Source: Kiritimatiellia bacterium
Lineage (GTDB): Bacteria > Verrucomicrobiota > Kiritimatiellia > RFP12 > JBMNHG01
NCBI GenBank assembly: GCA_050950285.1
Contig: JBMNHG010000006.1
Location: forward strand, 479,167 to 535,944
Reading direction: 5' to 3'
DNA: 56,778 bases
Below are positions 8,543-17,507 of the stretch, in pieces. The translations under genes were made by a program, and so were the position numbers. A model generated the notes under the pieces. The model had not been told where the DNA came from and made no database searches. It saw nothing but the letters and a program-made list of their open reading frames with translations. Within the stretch, counting starts at the first letter, position 1. The number at the start of each line of letters is the position of its first letter.

Positions 8543-10638
8543 GGCCGCGTCTTCAGGATGGAAAGCATCGCCGCGCCGAAGTCGCCGGGGAGGCCGGAGA
8601 AGGAGTCGCGGGCCTGGGCGGCTTGGCCGGCATGATGGGCCTGGAGGCCGAACATGAGGCGGCCGGCGGGCGTGGCGTTGCCTCCCAGCACGCGCACCCG
8701 TTCGGCGGGATGGAGTTCGTTGAAATCGATGGTCCGCGTGTACGGGGCCTTCTTGCCCGTGGGGATGACACGGAGGACGACGGACCTTTCGCCGGTTTCG
8801 AGGAGTTCGCCCTTCACGGTTCCGCTGAACAGCTGGAGGTAGACGGTCTCGCCCGCGCGCTTGGCGTAGCGTTTCGGGAAGAGGGTGGCGGCGTCCGCGA
8901 CTTCCATGAGCATCGACGCGGCGGTGTCGACGCCGGGATGGCGGCGGAGGGCGGGCGTCGCGGCCAGGCGGGAGTCGAGCCAGCTCGTGGCGGCCGGGAC
9001 GCCGTCGGAGACGATGCGGCGCGCGAGGTCGCGGAGGAGGGCGGTTCCCTCGGCGGAGGTGGATTGCGATCCCGTGGCGGGAACGCGGATGGCGGGGAAT
9101 CCGGAGGCGGAGGTGTCGGACTGCTGCGCGGAGCGGAGACGCGCGAGGAGGTCCTCGCGCCAGGAGGCCAGTTCGTCCGCGCACGGGCCCTTGTAGTCGG
9201 CGAGGATGGCGAAGGCGCGCGAATAGAGGCCCCAGTTTGCCTGGTCGTAGGCGCGGGAGGAGAGGAGCTTCTTCGCGAGATCGAGCTGGTAGTCGTGCTC
9301 CTTCGCCAGTTCGGTGGCCTTGCGGCGCGCCGCGGCGGCGATGTCGGTGCGCGACGCGAAGGCGTCCGCGACCTGGTTCAAGCGGGCGATGCCTTCCGCA
9401 TAGGCGTAGGGGTTCGCGCGGATCCAGGCGATGGCCTCGGAGTAGCGCTGGGAGGCGGCGTCGTTGGGAAGCAGCTTCACGGCGGGCTCGCCGGCGGCGC
9501 GTGGCGCGGGCTGGGGCGAGGGTGAAGGCTGCGGCGTGGACGGGCGCGACGCCGGGGGGCGGGTGGTTGTTGGCTGGCGGCCCGGGGTGGAGGAAGTGGA
9601 AGCGTTTCGCGCCATGAAAACGAGGGATGCGGCGAGGCCGATCCCGAGGAGGACGAAGAGGAGGGTCCGTGCGGGATTCGACGAGGGGCGCGTCCCGCCG
9701 ATGGACTGCGCCAGCGCACGGCCGGGGGTGACGGACGACATGCGACGGGCTCGTTCCGGGCTTCGTTCCATCGTGCTCAACCCCTTCCGGAGGCGTCCGC
9801 TGGGAAGGGGGCGGCGGGCGGAAACGGCCGCGATGTCGCTCGCGACGGCGGTCCAGTTCTTGTGGCGATGGGCGGGATCCTTCGCCAGCATGCGCTCGAG
9901 CATCTGGCAGAAGCCGAGCGAGAGGGAGGGGTCGAGCGTCATGGCGTCCGGCACGGTGCCGGTGGTTTGGAGCACCATGGTTTCGTCGTCGGAACGGCCC
10001 TGGAAGAGCATCTGGCCGGTGGCGATCTGATAGAGCGTGGCGCCGAGGGAGTAGATGTCCGCCCGGCAATCGAGCGGGACGTCGCCGCGGGCCTGCTCGG
10101 GCGACATGTAGGCGGGCGTGCCGAGGATGTCGTCGTTCTCGTCCTGGGCGCCGGACGCGCTGAAGCGGGCGAGGCCGAAGTCGGTGACCTTCACGCTGCC
10201 GTCGGCGTCGATCATGATGTTGTCGGGCTTGATGTCGCAATGGATGATCCCGAAGGTATGGCAGGCGTAGTCGAGCGCGGCGACGACATGGCCGGCGATG
10301 AGCAGGGCCTGTTTTTCGCCCAGGCCGGACTTCTTCCGGCGGAGCCATTCGCCGACGGTGTAGCCGTCCACGAGTTCCATCACGAAATAGCGGGTGCCAT
10401 CGCAGAGGCCGGCGTCGAAGCTCTGCACGATTCCAGGATGGCGGAGCCGCGCGGCGGCGCGGGCTTCTTCGACGAAGCGCTGGACGTCGCCGGGGTCGGA
10501 GGAGAAGGTGGTATCGAGCACCTTGATGGCAACCAGGCGATCGAGGGAGATCTGGCGGGCCTTCCACACGGAAGACATCCCCCCGCGCCCGAGGAGGCCG
10601 AGGATTTCATACCCTTCGATGTTGGGAGGTTGCTTCAA
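8539..10638 (-). CDS. Membrane-anchored Hanks-type Ser/Thr protein kinase
   Basis: GRGGMS, VAIKVL, HCDIKPDN, DFG, GTPAYMSPEQ; TM segment TLLFVLLGIGLAASLVFMA; Pro/Thr linker; helical C-terminal domain. Start taken as TTG 10638 overlapping the upstream stop; alternative ATG 10665. Confidence 0.9.
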   Translation of the reverse strand: MKQPPNIEGYEILGLLGRGGMSSVWKARQISLDRLVAIKVLDTTFSSDPGDVQRFVEEARAAARLRHPGIVQSFDAGLCDGTRYFVMELVDGYTVGEWLRRKKSGLGEKQALLIAGHVVAALDYACHTFGIIHCDIKPDNIMIDADGSVKVTDFGLARFSASGAQDENDDILGTPAYMSPEQARGDVPLDCRADIYSLGATLYQIATGQMLFQGRSDDETMVLQTTGTVPDAMTLDPSLSLGFCQMLERMLAKDPAHRHKNWTAVASDIAAVSARRPLPSGRLRKGLSTMERSPERARRMSSVTPGRALAQSIGGTRPSSNPARTLLFVLLGIGLAASLVFMARNASTSSTPGRQPTTTRPPASRPSTPQPSPSPQPAPRAAGEPAVKLLPNDAASQRYSEAIAWIRANPYAYAEGIARLNQVADAFASRTDIAAAARRKATELAKEHDYQLDLAKKLLSSRAYDQANWGLYSRAFAILADYKGPCADELASWREDLLARLRSAQQSDTSASGFPAIRVPATGSQSTSAEGTALLRDLARRIVSDGVPAATSWLDSRLAATPALRRHPGVDTAASMLMEVADAATLFPKRYAKRAGETVYLQLFSGTVKGELLETGERSVVLRVIPTGKKAPYTRTIDFNELHPAERVRVLGGNATPAGRLMFGLQAHHAGQAAQARDSFSGLPGDFGAAMLSILKTRP

Positions 10639-11774
10639 CGTCCCGTCCTTCCATCGCCCTGGCATTTGGCGCACAGTTGGCGGCCCTCGCCCTGGCAGGC
10701 GGCGCACGGCTCGCCGTTTCGGTCCTTCCCCGAGCCTCTGCAGGATTTGCAGGGGGTCAGCCCGGAGCCGTCGCACGAGCGGCAGGCCGGCGCGAGGCCC
10801 GATCCGTCGCATGATTTGCACGGCACGCGGCATTCGCCCTTGCAGATGGCGCAGGGGGTTCGCCCGGTCCCTTTGCAGACGGGGCAAGGGGTGTGGATGG
10901 CGAGTTCGGTCTTGGGCGAAAGGGTGTTGGGGTTCTTCGTTTCGAGGAGGCCCTGCCTGCACCCCTTGTTGCGGCAGGGGACCGTCCCCTCCCCTTTGCA
11001 GGCGGGGCAATCGACGTCGTGGAAGCCTGCGCATTCGGGGCAGACGTCCGGGAGGGCGCAGCGCAACCGGGCGGTCTGCCCGGTGCCGAGGTTCCACTTC
11101 GCGGGGATCCAGACCCGTCCGCAGGCGGTCCGTCCCCTGCCCTGGCACAGGATGGCGAAGTCCCCCGTGGCCTTGGCGACGGCACGGACGAGTTCCCGGG
11201 AGGAGCGCGCGGCGCGAACGCGCCCGGAGCCTCCGCATTCGCCGCAGGAAGACCCCGCGACTTCGCGCACGACGTCGTCCCCGCCCATCACGCGCGCCGT
11301 GTAGGTCCTCTTCCCGGTTCCGTTGCACGAGGGGCAGGCGCGCCACCCGATGGCCAGGGCGCGGCGGCAGCGCAGGACGGATTCGGCGGCGACCGCCGCC
11401 GCACCCGCCGCGACGCGCGGGTCGTCGTAGCCGAAGGTGAGCAAGGCGAGGGCGTTTTCGTATGCGGCGAGGGCGAGCGCCGTCTTCCCGGCCTCCTCCT
11501 GCTCCCGGCCGAAGAGCATGTCCTGCTTCGCCTCCTCGAAGGCCAGCGCGGCCATTGCCGCGTCGGAAGCCTCGCCCTCCAGGGGGTCCGGCGTTTCCGC
11601 GGGGGCGGGAAGGGCGGCGTCCGCCCCGGGTGCGGGAAGGGCGGCGTTGCAGTGCGCGCACGTCGTCGCGCCGTCCTCCGCCTCGTACCCGCAAGCGGGG
11701 CAGATGGTCAGGGCGTGGCAGGCGCAAACCGCGGCGATGGACGCGGTAAGAAGGAAGAGGACGAAGCGTTTCAT
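10635..11774 (-). CDS. Secreted Cys-rich protein with N-terminal zinc ribbon and about a dozen DnaJ-type CxxCxGxG motifs
   Basis: Signal peptide MKRFVLFLLTASIAAVCACHA; CPACG..CAHCN; CPSCNGTG, CGECGGSG, CPACKGEG, CPVCKGTG, CKSCDGSG, CRSCDGSG, CKSCRGSG, CAACQGEG, CAKCQGDG; no J-domain HPD motif. Confidence 0.8.
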   Translation of the reverse strand: MKRFVLFLLTASIAAVCACHALTICPACGYEAEDGATTCAHCNAALPAPGADAALPAPAETPDPLEGEASDAAMAALAFEEAKQDMLFGREQEEAGKTALALAAYENALALLTFGYDDPRVAAGAAAVAAESVLRCRRALAIGWRACPSCNGTGKRTYTARVMGGDDVVREVAGSSCGECGGSGRVRAARSSRELVRAVAKATGDFAILCQGRGRTACGRVWIPAKWNLGTGQTARLRCALPDVCPECAGFHDVDCPACKGEGTVPCRNKGCRQGLLETKNPNTLSPKTELAIHTPCPVCKGTGRTPCAICKGECRVPCKSCDGSGLAPACRSCDGSGLTPCKSCRGSGKDRNGEPCAACQGEGRQLCAKCQGDGRTGR

Positions 11775-11889
11775 CGGAACAAAGACCCCGTATCAAAAAT
11801 GGAGGGGAACACCAATCGCGGCATGCCCTCGATACGCCCTGCAAAAGTCGTTCCATTTCGTCGGCATGGCGCGGCGCGAGGGCATCTTT

Positions 11890-13125
11890 TCAGCGGTAGA
11901 GGTCGAAGAGGAGGAGCCGGCAGCTGATGGGACCGTTGTCGAGCACATGGCGTTTGCGGCTGTGGAGGCCGATGCGGCGCGCGAGGTCGAGGTTGCCCGT
12001 GAGGACGGCGCCGCGGTAGCCCGCGCAGCGCTGCTTGAGGAAATCGCCGACGCGGCGGTAGGTCTCGACCAGGCGCGCGGCTTCGCCCATGCGTTCGCCG
12101 TACTCCGGATTCAAAAAGACCACGCCGCGCCCTTGCGGGATTTCGGTGGAGGCGAAGTCGCACGCGTCGAAGCGGATCAGGTCGGAGACGCCCGCCCGCG
12201 CGGCGTTGGCCTTCGCGGCGTCGATCGCCTCGGGCGCGATGTCCGTGGCGACAATGGGGGGAAGTCCCGTCCGGCGTTCCCGGGCGACGGCCTGCTGGCG
12301 CATCGCCTCCCATTCCTTGTCGATGGACTCGTCGGCGTATCCTTGGAGCCCCATGAAGCAGAAGTGTTCGCGGAGGATGCCGGGCGCGCGGTTGGCGGCG
12401 ATCATCGCGGCCTCGATGGCGGGGGTCCCGCTGCCGCACATGGGCGCGACGAACGGCGTGTCGGGGTTCCATTCGGCGATGGCGATGCAGGCGGCGGCGA
12501 GGGTCTCCTGCATCGGGGCCTTCCACGGTTGCAGGCGATAGCCTCGCTTGGAAAGGGGCTCGCCCGTGGTGTCGAGGTAGAGTTCCACGCGGTCGTTCTG
12601 CCACCAGACGAAGAGGGCGGCGCCCTTGAACTCGCCGCCGGAGTCGGGGCGGCGTCCGCAGGCGGCGCGGATGCGGTCGGCCACGGCGTCCTTCGTGCAA
12701 AGCGAAGGCAGCCGGGTGTCCCGCACCGTCTCCTGGCGCGTGGCGTTGTTCACCGTGAAATAGCCGTCTTTCGGAAGATAGCGCTCCCAGGGATAGCGGT
12801 TCACGAGGTCGTACAGCGCCGAGAGGTCCCTGGCCCATCCCGTGCCGATGCGCCACAGCACGCGGGTGGCGATGCGCGACCAGAGGTTGATCCGCATCGC
12901 GTCGCGCAAGGTGCCGCGGAGGGTCACCGTGGTGTCGGCGATTTCCGTGACGGCGGGGCCGAGCGGCTTGAGGTCGCGCGCCGCGAAGACGGGCAGGCCG
13001 CGAGCGCAGGAGAGTTTGATGAGGCTCTCTTCGCTCCAGATGCTGTTGTCCTGGATTCCATCGGATTCCCGCGCTTCGGGCTGCGGGATCCCGGCGGGGG
13101 GAAACGCGTCGATATCGTCGTTCAT
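11890..13125 (-). CDS. THUMP-domain SAM-dependent rRNA methyltransferase (RlmL/YpsC-like)
   Basis: LDTTGEPLSKRGYR..APMQETLAA, PMCGSGT, NPEYGERM, NGPISC; ATG 13125 overlaps the nrnA stop. Confidence 0.88.
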   Translation of the reverse strand: MNDDIDAFPPAGIPQPEARESDGIQDNSIWSEESLIKLSCARGLPVFAARDLKPLGPAVTEIADTTVTLRGTLRDAMRINLWSRIATRVLWRIGTGWARDLSALYDLVNRYPWERYLPKDGYFTVNNATRQETVRDTRLPSLCTKDAVADRIRAACGRRPDSGGEFKGAALFVWWQNDRVELYLDTTGEPLSKRGYRLQPWKAPMQETLAAACIAIAEWNPDTPFVAPMCGSGTPAIEAAMIAANRAPGILREHFCFMGLQGYADESIDKEWEAMRQQAVARERRTGLPPIVATDIAPEAIDAAKANAARAGVSDLIRFDACDFASTEIPQGRGVVFLNPEYGERMGEAARLVETYRRVGDFLKQRCAGYRGAVLTGNLDLARRIGLHSRKRHVLDNGPISCRLLLFDLYR

Positions 13126-14141
13126 GAAAGGGGTTCCTGTGCGGAAATCCACTCGCGGATTTCCCGCCCGATCGCGGCACGCGCCTTCTTCAACGGCGCG
13201 GACACGCTGCACCCGGCGGCGCGCGGGTGCCCGCCGCCCCCGTAGCGAAGGGCGATCTCCGTGGCGTCGAAGGGCGGACGGGTGCGGATGCTGAGGCAGG
13301 TCAGGCCCGGCGACTCCGGGTTCTCGTAGAAAAAGACGGCCACGCGATTGCCGCGAGGCATCCGCGGAATGTCCACGATGTCCTCGGCGTCCGCCTTCCG
13401 GCAGCCGGTCTCCTCGAAGTCGCGCAGGGTCACCGCGACGCTCGCATAGCGTCCGTCCCCGGAGACCTCGAGGGAACGGTAGGCGCGGAGGCGCAGTTCC
13501 ATGACGCCGCGGTCGCACTGCACGTAGAGACGGTCGTTGAGCTCGGCCGTCCGCACCCCGAACGACAGCAGGAAGGCGGCGATGCGCAGGGTGGCGGGCG
13601 TGGTCTGGTCGATGGAAAATCGGCAGGAGTCGGTGAGGATTGCCACCCAGAGCGCCTCCGCCACGCGGCGATCCATCGCCCAGCGCATGCGCCGGGCGAG
13701 AAGGGCGACCATCTCCCCGGTCGACGAGGCGTCCGCCACCCAGTTGACCGTGCCGAAGCGCGGGTTGGTCACATGATGGTCGATCACCAGCACGGGGATC
13801 GTCCCCGCCAGCGGACGAAGCGGCTTGGGAAGACGGTCGACGCTCGCGGCGTCGAGGCAGACGAGCAGGTCGCAGGGTGCCGCGGCGGCCTTGGCGGGCT
13901 CGAGAAGCGCGCATTCGGCCTCGGGCCAATCCTCGTAGAGAAAGCGGGAAAGCCCCAGTTCCGAGACGTCAACCGCCGCCCGGACTTCGCGGCGGGCGTC
14001 GTCCAGGCGCGCCAGCAGGAGGGAAAGCGCCAGCACCGACCCCGCCGCATCCCCGTCGGGACGAACGTGGCCGCAGACCGTGATGTGGCGGGCGGCCCCC
14101 ACCACGGAACGGATGGAATCCAGGATGGCTCTTGAAAGCAT
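13122..14141 (-). CDS. nrnA: DHH/DHHA1 phosphoesterase (nanoRNase/pAp phosphatase)
   Basis: GHVRPDGDA, IDHH, ILTD, GGGGHPRAAG. Confidence 0.88.
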   Translation of the reverse strand: MLSRAILDSIRSVVGAARHITVCGHVRPDGDAAGSVLALSLLLARLDDARREVRAAVDVSELGLSRFLYEDWPEAECALLEPAKAAAAPCDLLVCLDAASVDRLPKPLRPLAGTIPVLVIDHHVTNPRFGTVNWVADASSTGEMVALLARRMRWAMDRRVAEALWVAILTDSCRFSIDQTTPATLRIAAFLLSFGVRTAELNDRLYVQCDRGVMELRLRAYRSLEVSGDGRYASVAVTLRDFEETGCRKADAEDIVDIPRMPRGNRVAVFFYENPESPGLTCLSIRTRPPFDATEIALRYGGGGHPRAAGCSVSAPLKKARAAIGREIREWISAQEPLS

Positions 14142-14218
14142 GGGTATCGGACGAGGGTATCACCGATACTCGGCGGAAGGCAATGCGCATTTCCCCCGCA
14201 CCCCGCCCGAGGGAGGAT

Positions 14219-14247
14219 TTGACGCAGTTCGGCGAACCTGCTACCCT
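14219..14247 (+). promoter_or_regulatory. Sigma70-type promoter
   Basis: TTGACG-17 nt-TACCCT with extended TG. Confidence 0.45.
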
Positions 14248-14290
14248 CACCTTATCCTGCGTTTCCGCAAATGACCGTGCGTGCTGAACC

Positions 14291-15358
14291 ATGACCGAAC
14301 TTCTCGACACCATCACCTCCCTCTCCCATGAATTCGGCGGCCCCGACTACGTGAAGGCCGGCGGCGGGAACACCTCCTGCAAAGCGGGCGATTCGCTGTG
14401 GATCAAACCCTCCGGCACAACGCTGCTCGGCCTTGCGCCCGAAACCTTCGTGAAGATGCGCCGGAGCATCCTCGGCGGACTCTACCGCGCCCGGCCGCCC
14501 GCCGATGTGGCCGAACGCGAGCGCTGGGTGCAGGAGGCGATGGCCGCCGCGGTCGATCCCGCCACGCCAGGCCGGGCCTCGGTTGAAGCGCCGCTCCACG
14601 ACTCCTTCGACGCCACCTACGTGGTTCACACCCACCCGGCCATCGTCAACGGCCTGACCTGCGCCCTCGGCGGCGAAGCGGCCGCGAAGGAACTCTTCCC
14701 CGACGCGCTGTGGATGCCCTACATCGACCCCGGCTACACGCTGTGCATGCAGGTGCGGCGGGCCCTCGAGGAACGCCGTGCCCGCGGTGGCGAGCCCGCC
14801 ATCACCTTGCTCGGCAACCACGGCGTCTTCGTGGCCGGCAACACCGCGGACGAGATCCGCGCGACCTACGCCCGCCTTTTCACGACCCTCCGCGACGCCT
14901 ACGCCGCCGCAGGCGTCGACACCGGCCTGCTCTTCTCCGGCCCGCCCCCCTCCGCCGAATCGGGGGCGCGCGTCCAGGCCGCCGCCCGCGACGCCCTCGG
15001 CGGCGAAGCCGCCTTCCTCGCCGCCGGCGCGCCGACCGCCTTCGCGGCCGGCCCCTTCTCGCCCGACCACATCGTCTACGCGAAAGCCTTCCCCTTCGAG
15101 GGCGCCCTCCGCCCGGACGCCTTCCGCTTCTTCGCGGAAGCCCGCGGATACGCCCCGCGCCTCGTCGCCACGCCCGACGGCTTCTTCGGGCTGGGCGCCA
15201 CGCAGAAGACCGCCGACCTCGCCCTCGTGCTCGGCCAGGACGGAGCCCTCGTCCGCCAGTTGACGGCCGCGTTCGGCGGACCACGCTACCTCGACGACCG
15301 CTCCCGGCTTTTCATCGAGAACTGGGAAGTCGAAGCCTACCGCGCCAGGCAGGCCTGA
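14291..15358 (+). CDS. Class II aldolase/adducin family protein (rhamnulose-1-phosphate aldolase-like)
   Basis: GGGNTS, IKPSG, SVEAPLH, VHTH, NHG motifs. Confidence 0.85.
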   Translation: MTELLDTITSLSHEFGGPDYVKAGGGNTSCKAGDSLWIKPSGTTLLGLAPETFVKMRRSILGGLYRARPPADVAERERWVQEAMAAAVDPATPGRASVEAPLHDSFDATYVVHTHPAIVNGLTCALGGEAAAKELFPDALWMPYIDPGYTLCMQVRRALEERRARGGEPAITLLGNHGVFVAGNTADEIRATYARLFTTLRDAYAAAGVDTGLLFSGPPPSAESGARVQAAARDALGGEAAFLAAGAPTAFAAGPFSPDHIVYAKAFPFEGALRPDAFRFFAEARGYAPRLVATPDGFFGLGATQKTADLALVLGQDGALVRQLTAAFGGPRYLDDRSRLFIENWEVEAYRARQA

Positions 15359-15408
15359 CCCGCCCCGCACGTTTCGCCCCTCCCTCCCGCAACAGAAAGG
15401 AATCCGCC

Positions 15409-15858
15409 ATGGCCAACGCTTCCAAACCCTCCGACTGGCGCGCCGAACTCGGTGGCATCCTCGGCGGCCGCAGCCGCCTCAGTCGCGCCGAGCAGGAGGC
15501 CAAGCGCTTCGCCGAGTTCCTCCAGGGCACCGCCAAGCCCGCCCTGGAGGAACTCGCGGAAGAACTCGCCCGGCACGGGCGCAAGGCGTCGATCCGCGAG
15601 AACCCCGCCTCGATCGCCATCACCGTGACCAAAGCCGGCATCGAGGAAATCTCCTTCCGCGTGATGCGCCGCTCGGTCCCCGCCGGCCTCCTCCCGTATG
15701 CCGAAGTGCGCATGCGGAAGGGAACGCGCCTCGTGAAGAGCGAATCGACCTTCCGCGAAGCCGGCGTCCCCTACACCATCGACGACGTGACCGGCGAGGA
15801 AATCATCCGCGCCTTCCTCCGTCACTACCGCGACATGCTCGACTCCGAAATGGCGTAG
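15409..15858 (+). CDS. Hypothetical protein, 149 aa
   Basis: AAAGGA RBS before ATG 15409; host-like codon usage; fits the operon spacing. Confidence 0.75.
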   Translation: MANASKPSDWRAELGGILGGRSRLSRAEQEAKRFAEFLQGTAKPALEELAEELARHGRKASIRENPASIAITVTKAGIEEISFRVMRRSVPAGLLPYAEVRMRKGTRLVKSESTFREAGVPYTIDDVTGEEIIRAFLRHYRDMLDSEMA

Positions 15859-15862
15859 CCCC

Positions 15863-16888
15863 ATGTCCACGGCATCCCCGGACATCCCGCTCCTCGTCCG
15901 CCTGCTCGAGGCGCATTCGACCCCCGGCGACGAAGGGGCCGTGGCCGGAATCCTCGAAGCCGGATGGGCTTCCGCCGGATGGACAACCCGCCGCCTCGGC
16001 GCCTTCGCGACAGTGGCCAGGCGGACTCCGCTGCCGCCCGCCCGCCGCAGCCGACGCCCGGTGCTGCTGGTCACGGCCCACATGGATTCGCCGGGCTTCG
16101 TCGTGGACCGCCTCCCCTCCCCCGGCGCGAAGGGCGCCGCCCGCCGTTCCTGCGGATTGGCCACCCTGGGCGGGCCGGACGACGGAAAGCGCAGCTCCGT
16201 CCCCGCCCTCCTCCGCACCCGCGAGGGCCTCTTCCCCGTCTCCGTGCGATGCCGTGAAGGCTGTTGGGAGGCCGCGTGGACCGCAAAGGCGGCTCCGCGC
16301 GGGCTCGCCCTCGGCGACCGCGTCTGCTTCGAGGCGAAGCCGGCGTTCGACGGACCCCTCGTGACCTCGCCCTTCCTCGACAACCGCCTCGGCTGCTGGC
16401 TTCTCGCCCGCATCGCCCGCGAAGCCTCCACGTGGAAGACGCCCTTCGACATCGTCCTCGGGGCCACCGGCGGCGAGGAGCACACCGGCTTCGGCGCGGC
16501 CGTGCTCGCCGCACGGACTGCGCCGGACGCCGTGGTCGTGCTCGACGCCACCTACGAAAACGCGGATCAGGGCGTAACCCTCGGCGGCGGCCCCGTGCTC
16601 ACCCTCTCGGACGCCTCCGTCCTCCTCTCCCCCGCCCTGCGCGACGCCGTCACGGCCCGCCTCGCCCCAAGCGGCGCGCCGCTCCAGCACGAAGTCTACA
16701 ACCGAAGCGGCACCGACGCCCGGGCCTTCCCCCGCGCCGGCCTTCCCGCCACCATCCTCCCCCTCCTCCTTCCCACGCGCGGCAACCACGGCCCCGCGGA
16801 GGCCGCCGACCTCCGGGACGCCGACGCGCTGTTGAACGTCCTCCGCATCCTCGCGGAATCCTGGCCCGAACCCCTCCCCGCATCATGA
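15863..16888 (+). CDS. M42/M20-family metallopeptidase
   Basis: STPGDE, TAHMD, FLDNRLG, GEEH, SGTDA, NH metal-ligand segments. Confidence 0.8.
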   Translation: MSTASPDIPLLVRLLEAHSTPGDEGAVAGILEAGWASAGWTTRRLGAFATVARRTPLPPARRSRRPVLLVTAHMDSPGFVVDRLPSPGAKGAARRSCGLATLGGPDDGKRSSVPALLRTREGLFPVSVRCREGCWEAAWTAKAAPRGLALGDRVCFEAKPAFDGPLVTSPFLDNRLGCWLLARIAREASTWKTPFDIVLGATGGEEHTGFGAAVLAARTAPDAVVVLDATYENADQGVTLGGGPVLTLSDASVLLSPALRDAVTARLAPSGAPLQHEVYNRSGTDARAFPRAGLPATILPLLLPTRGNHGPAEAADLRDADALLNVLRILAESWPEPLPAS

Positions 16889-17385
16889 GCGAACCCCACA
16901 CCCATCCGAGCCACCAGCGTCCCGACTGGGACACCTACTTCATGGAAATCGCAAAGGTTGTCGCACGGCGCAGCAACTGCAGCCGGCGGCAGGTGGCGGC
17001 GCTGATCGTCTCCGACCGCCGCATCATCTCCACCGGCTACAACGGCACGCCGCGCGGGGTGAAGAACTGCTGCGACGGCGGATGCCCCCGCTGCGCCGGC
17101 AACGCCCCGTCCGGATCCGACCTCGGCGAATGCCTCTGCAGCCACGCCGAAGAGAATGCCATCGTCCAAGCCGCCTACCACGGCATCCGCGTGAAGGACG
17201 CCATGATGTACGTGACCATCAGCCCCTGCCTCTTCTGCGCGAAGATGATCATCAACGCCGGCATCCGCGAGGTGGTCTACGGAGGAGACTACGCCTTCAC
17301 CGACCAGGTCAAATCCCTCTTCGACGCCGCAGGCGTCTCCTGCCGCGCCTACCAACCGCCGTCCCAGCCGGGACCCACCCCCTGA
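16885..17385 (+). CDS. dCMP deaminase family protein
   Basis: RPDWDTYFM, RSNC.RRQV, TGYNG, HAEENA, PCLFC; ATGA overlap with the upstream gene. Confidence 0.92.
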   Translation: MSEPHTHPSHQRPDWDTYFMEIAKVVARRSNCSRRQVAALIVSDRRIISTGYNGTPRGVKNCCDGGCPRCAGNAPSGSDLGECLCSHAEENAIVQAAYHGIRVKDAMMYVTISPCLFCAKMIINAGIREVVYGGDYAFTDQVKSLFDAAGVSCRAYQPPSQPGPTP

Positions 17386-17411
17386 CGACGCGCCGCCCGC
17401 CCGGACGCTCC

Positions 17412-17440
17412 TTGCCGACGCGCCGGGAATGGCGTATCAT
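17412..17440 (+). promoter_or_regulatory. Sigma70-type promoter of serS
   Basis: TTGCCG-17 nt-TATCAT. Confidence 0.55.
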
Positions 17441-17456
17441 CGCATCCCCCCGGTTT

Positions 17457-17487
17457 GCGGCATGCCGTTTTTTTTGCGGCATGCCGC
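17457..17487. repeat. Inverted repeat of self-palindromic arms separated by a T tract, in the serS 5' region
   Basis: GCGGCATGCCG-T8-GCGGCATGCCGC. Confidence 0.7.
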
Positions 17488-17507
17488 CCCGGACAGGAGC
17501 CGAAGCC

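Noticed and set aside
10635..11774. Multiheme cytochrome c or DnaJ chaperone
   Set aside because: No CxxCH motifs and no HPD J-domain
6065..13929. Apparent giant fusions (1500-aa U32, 1105-aa kinase, 679-aa methyltransferase)
   Set aside because: The N-terminal parts are Arg/Pro-rich alternate frames of the upstream genes; real starts overlap the upstream stops
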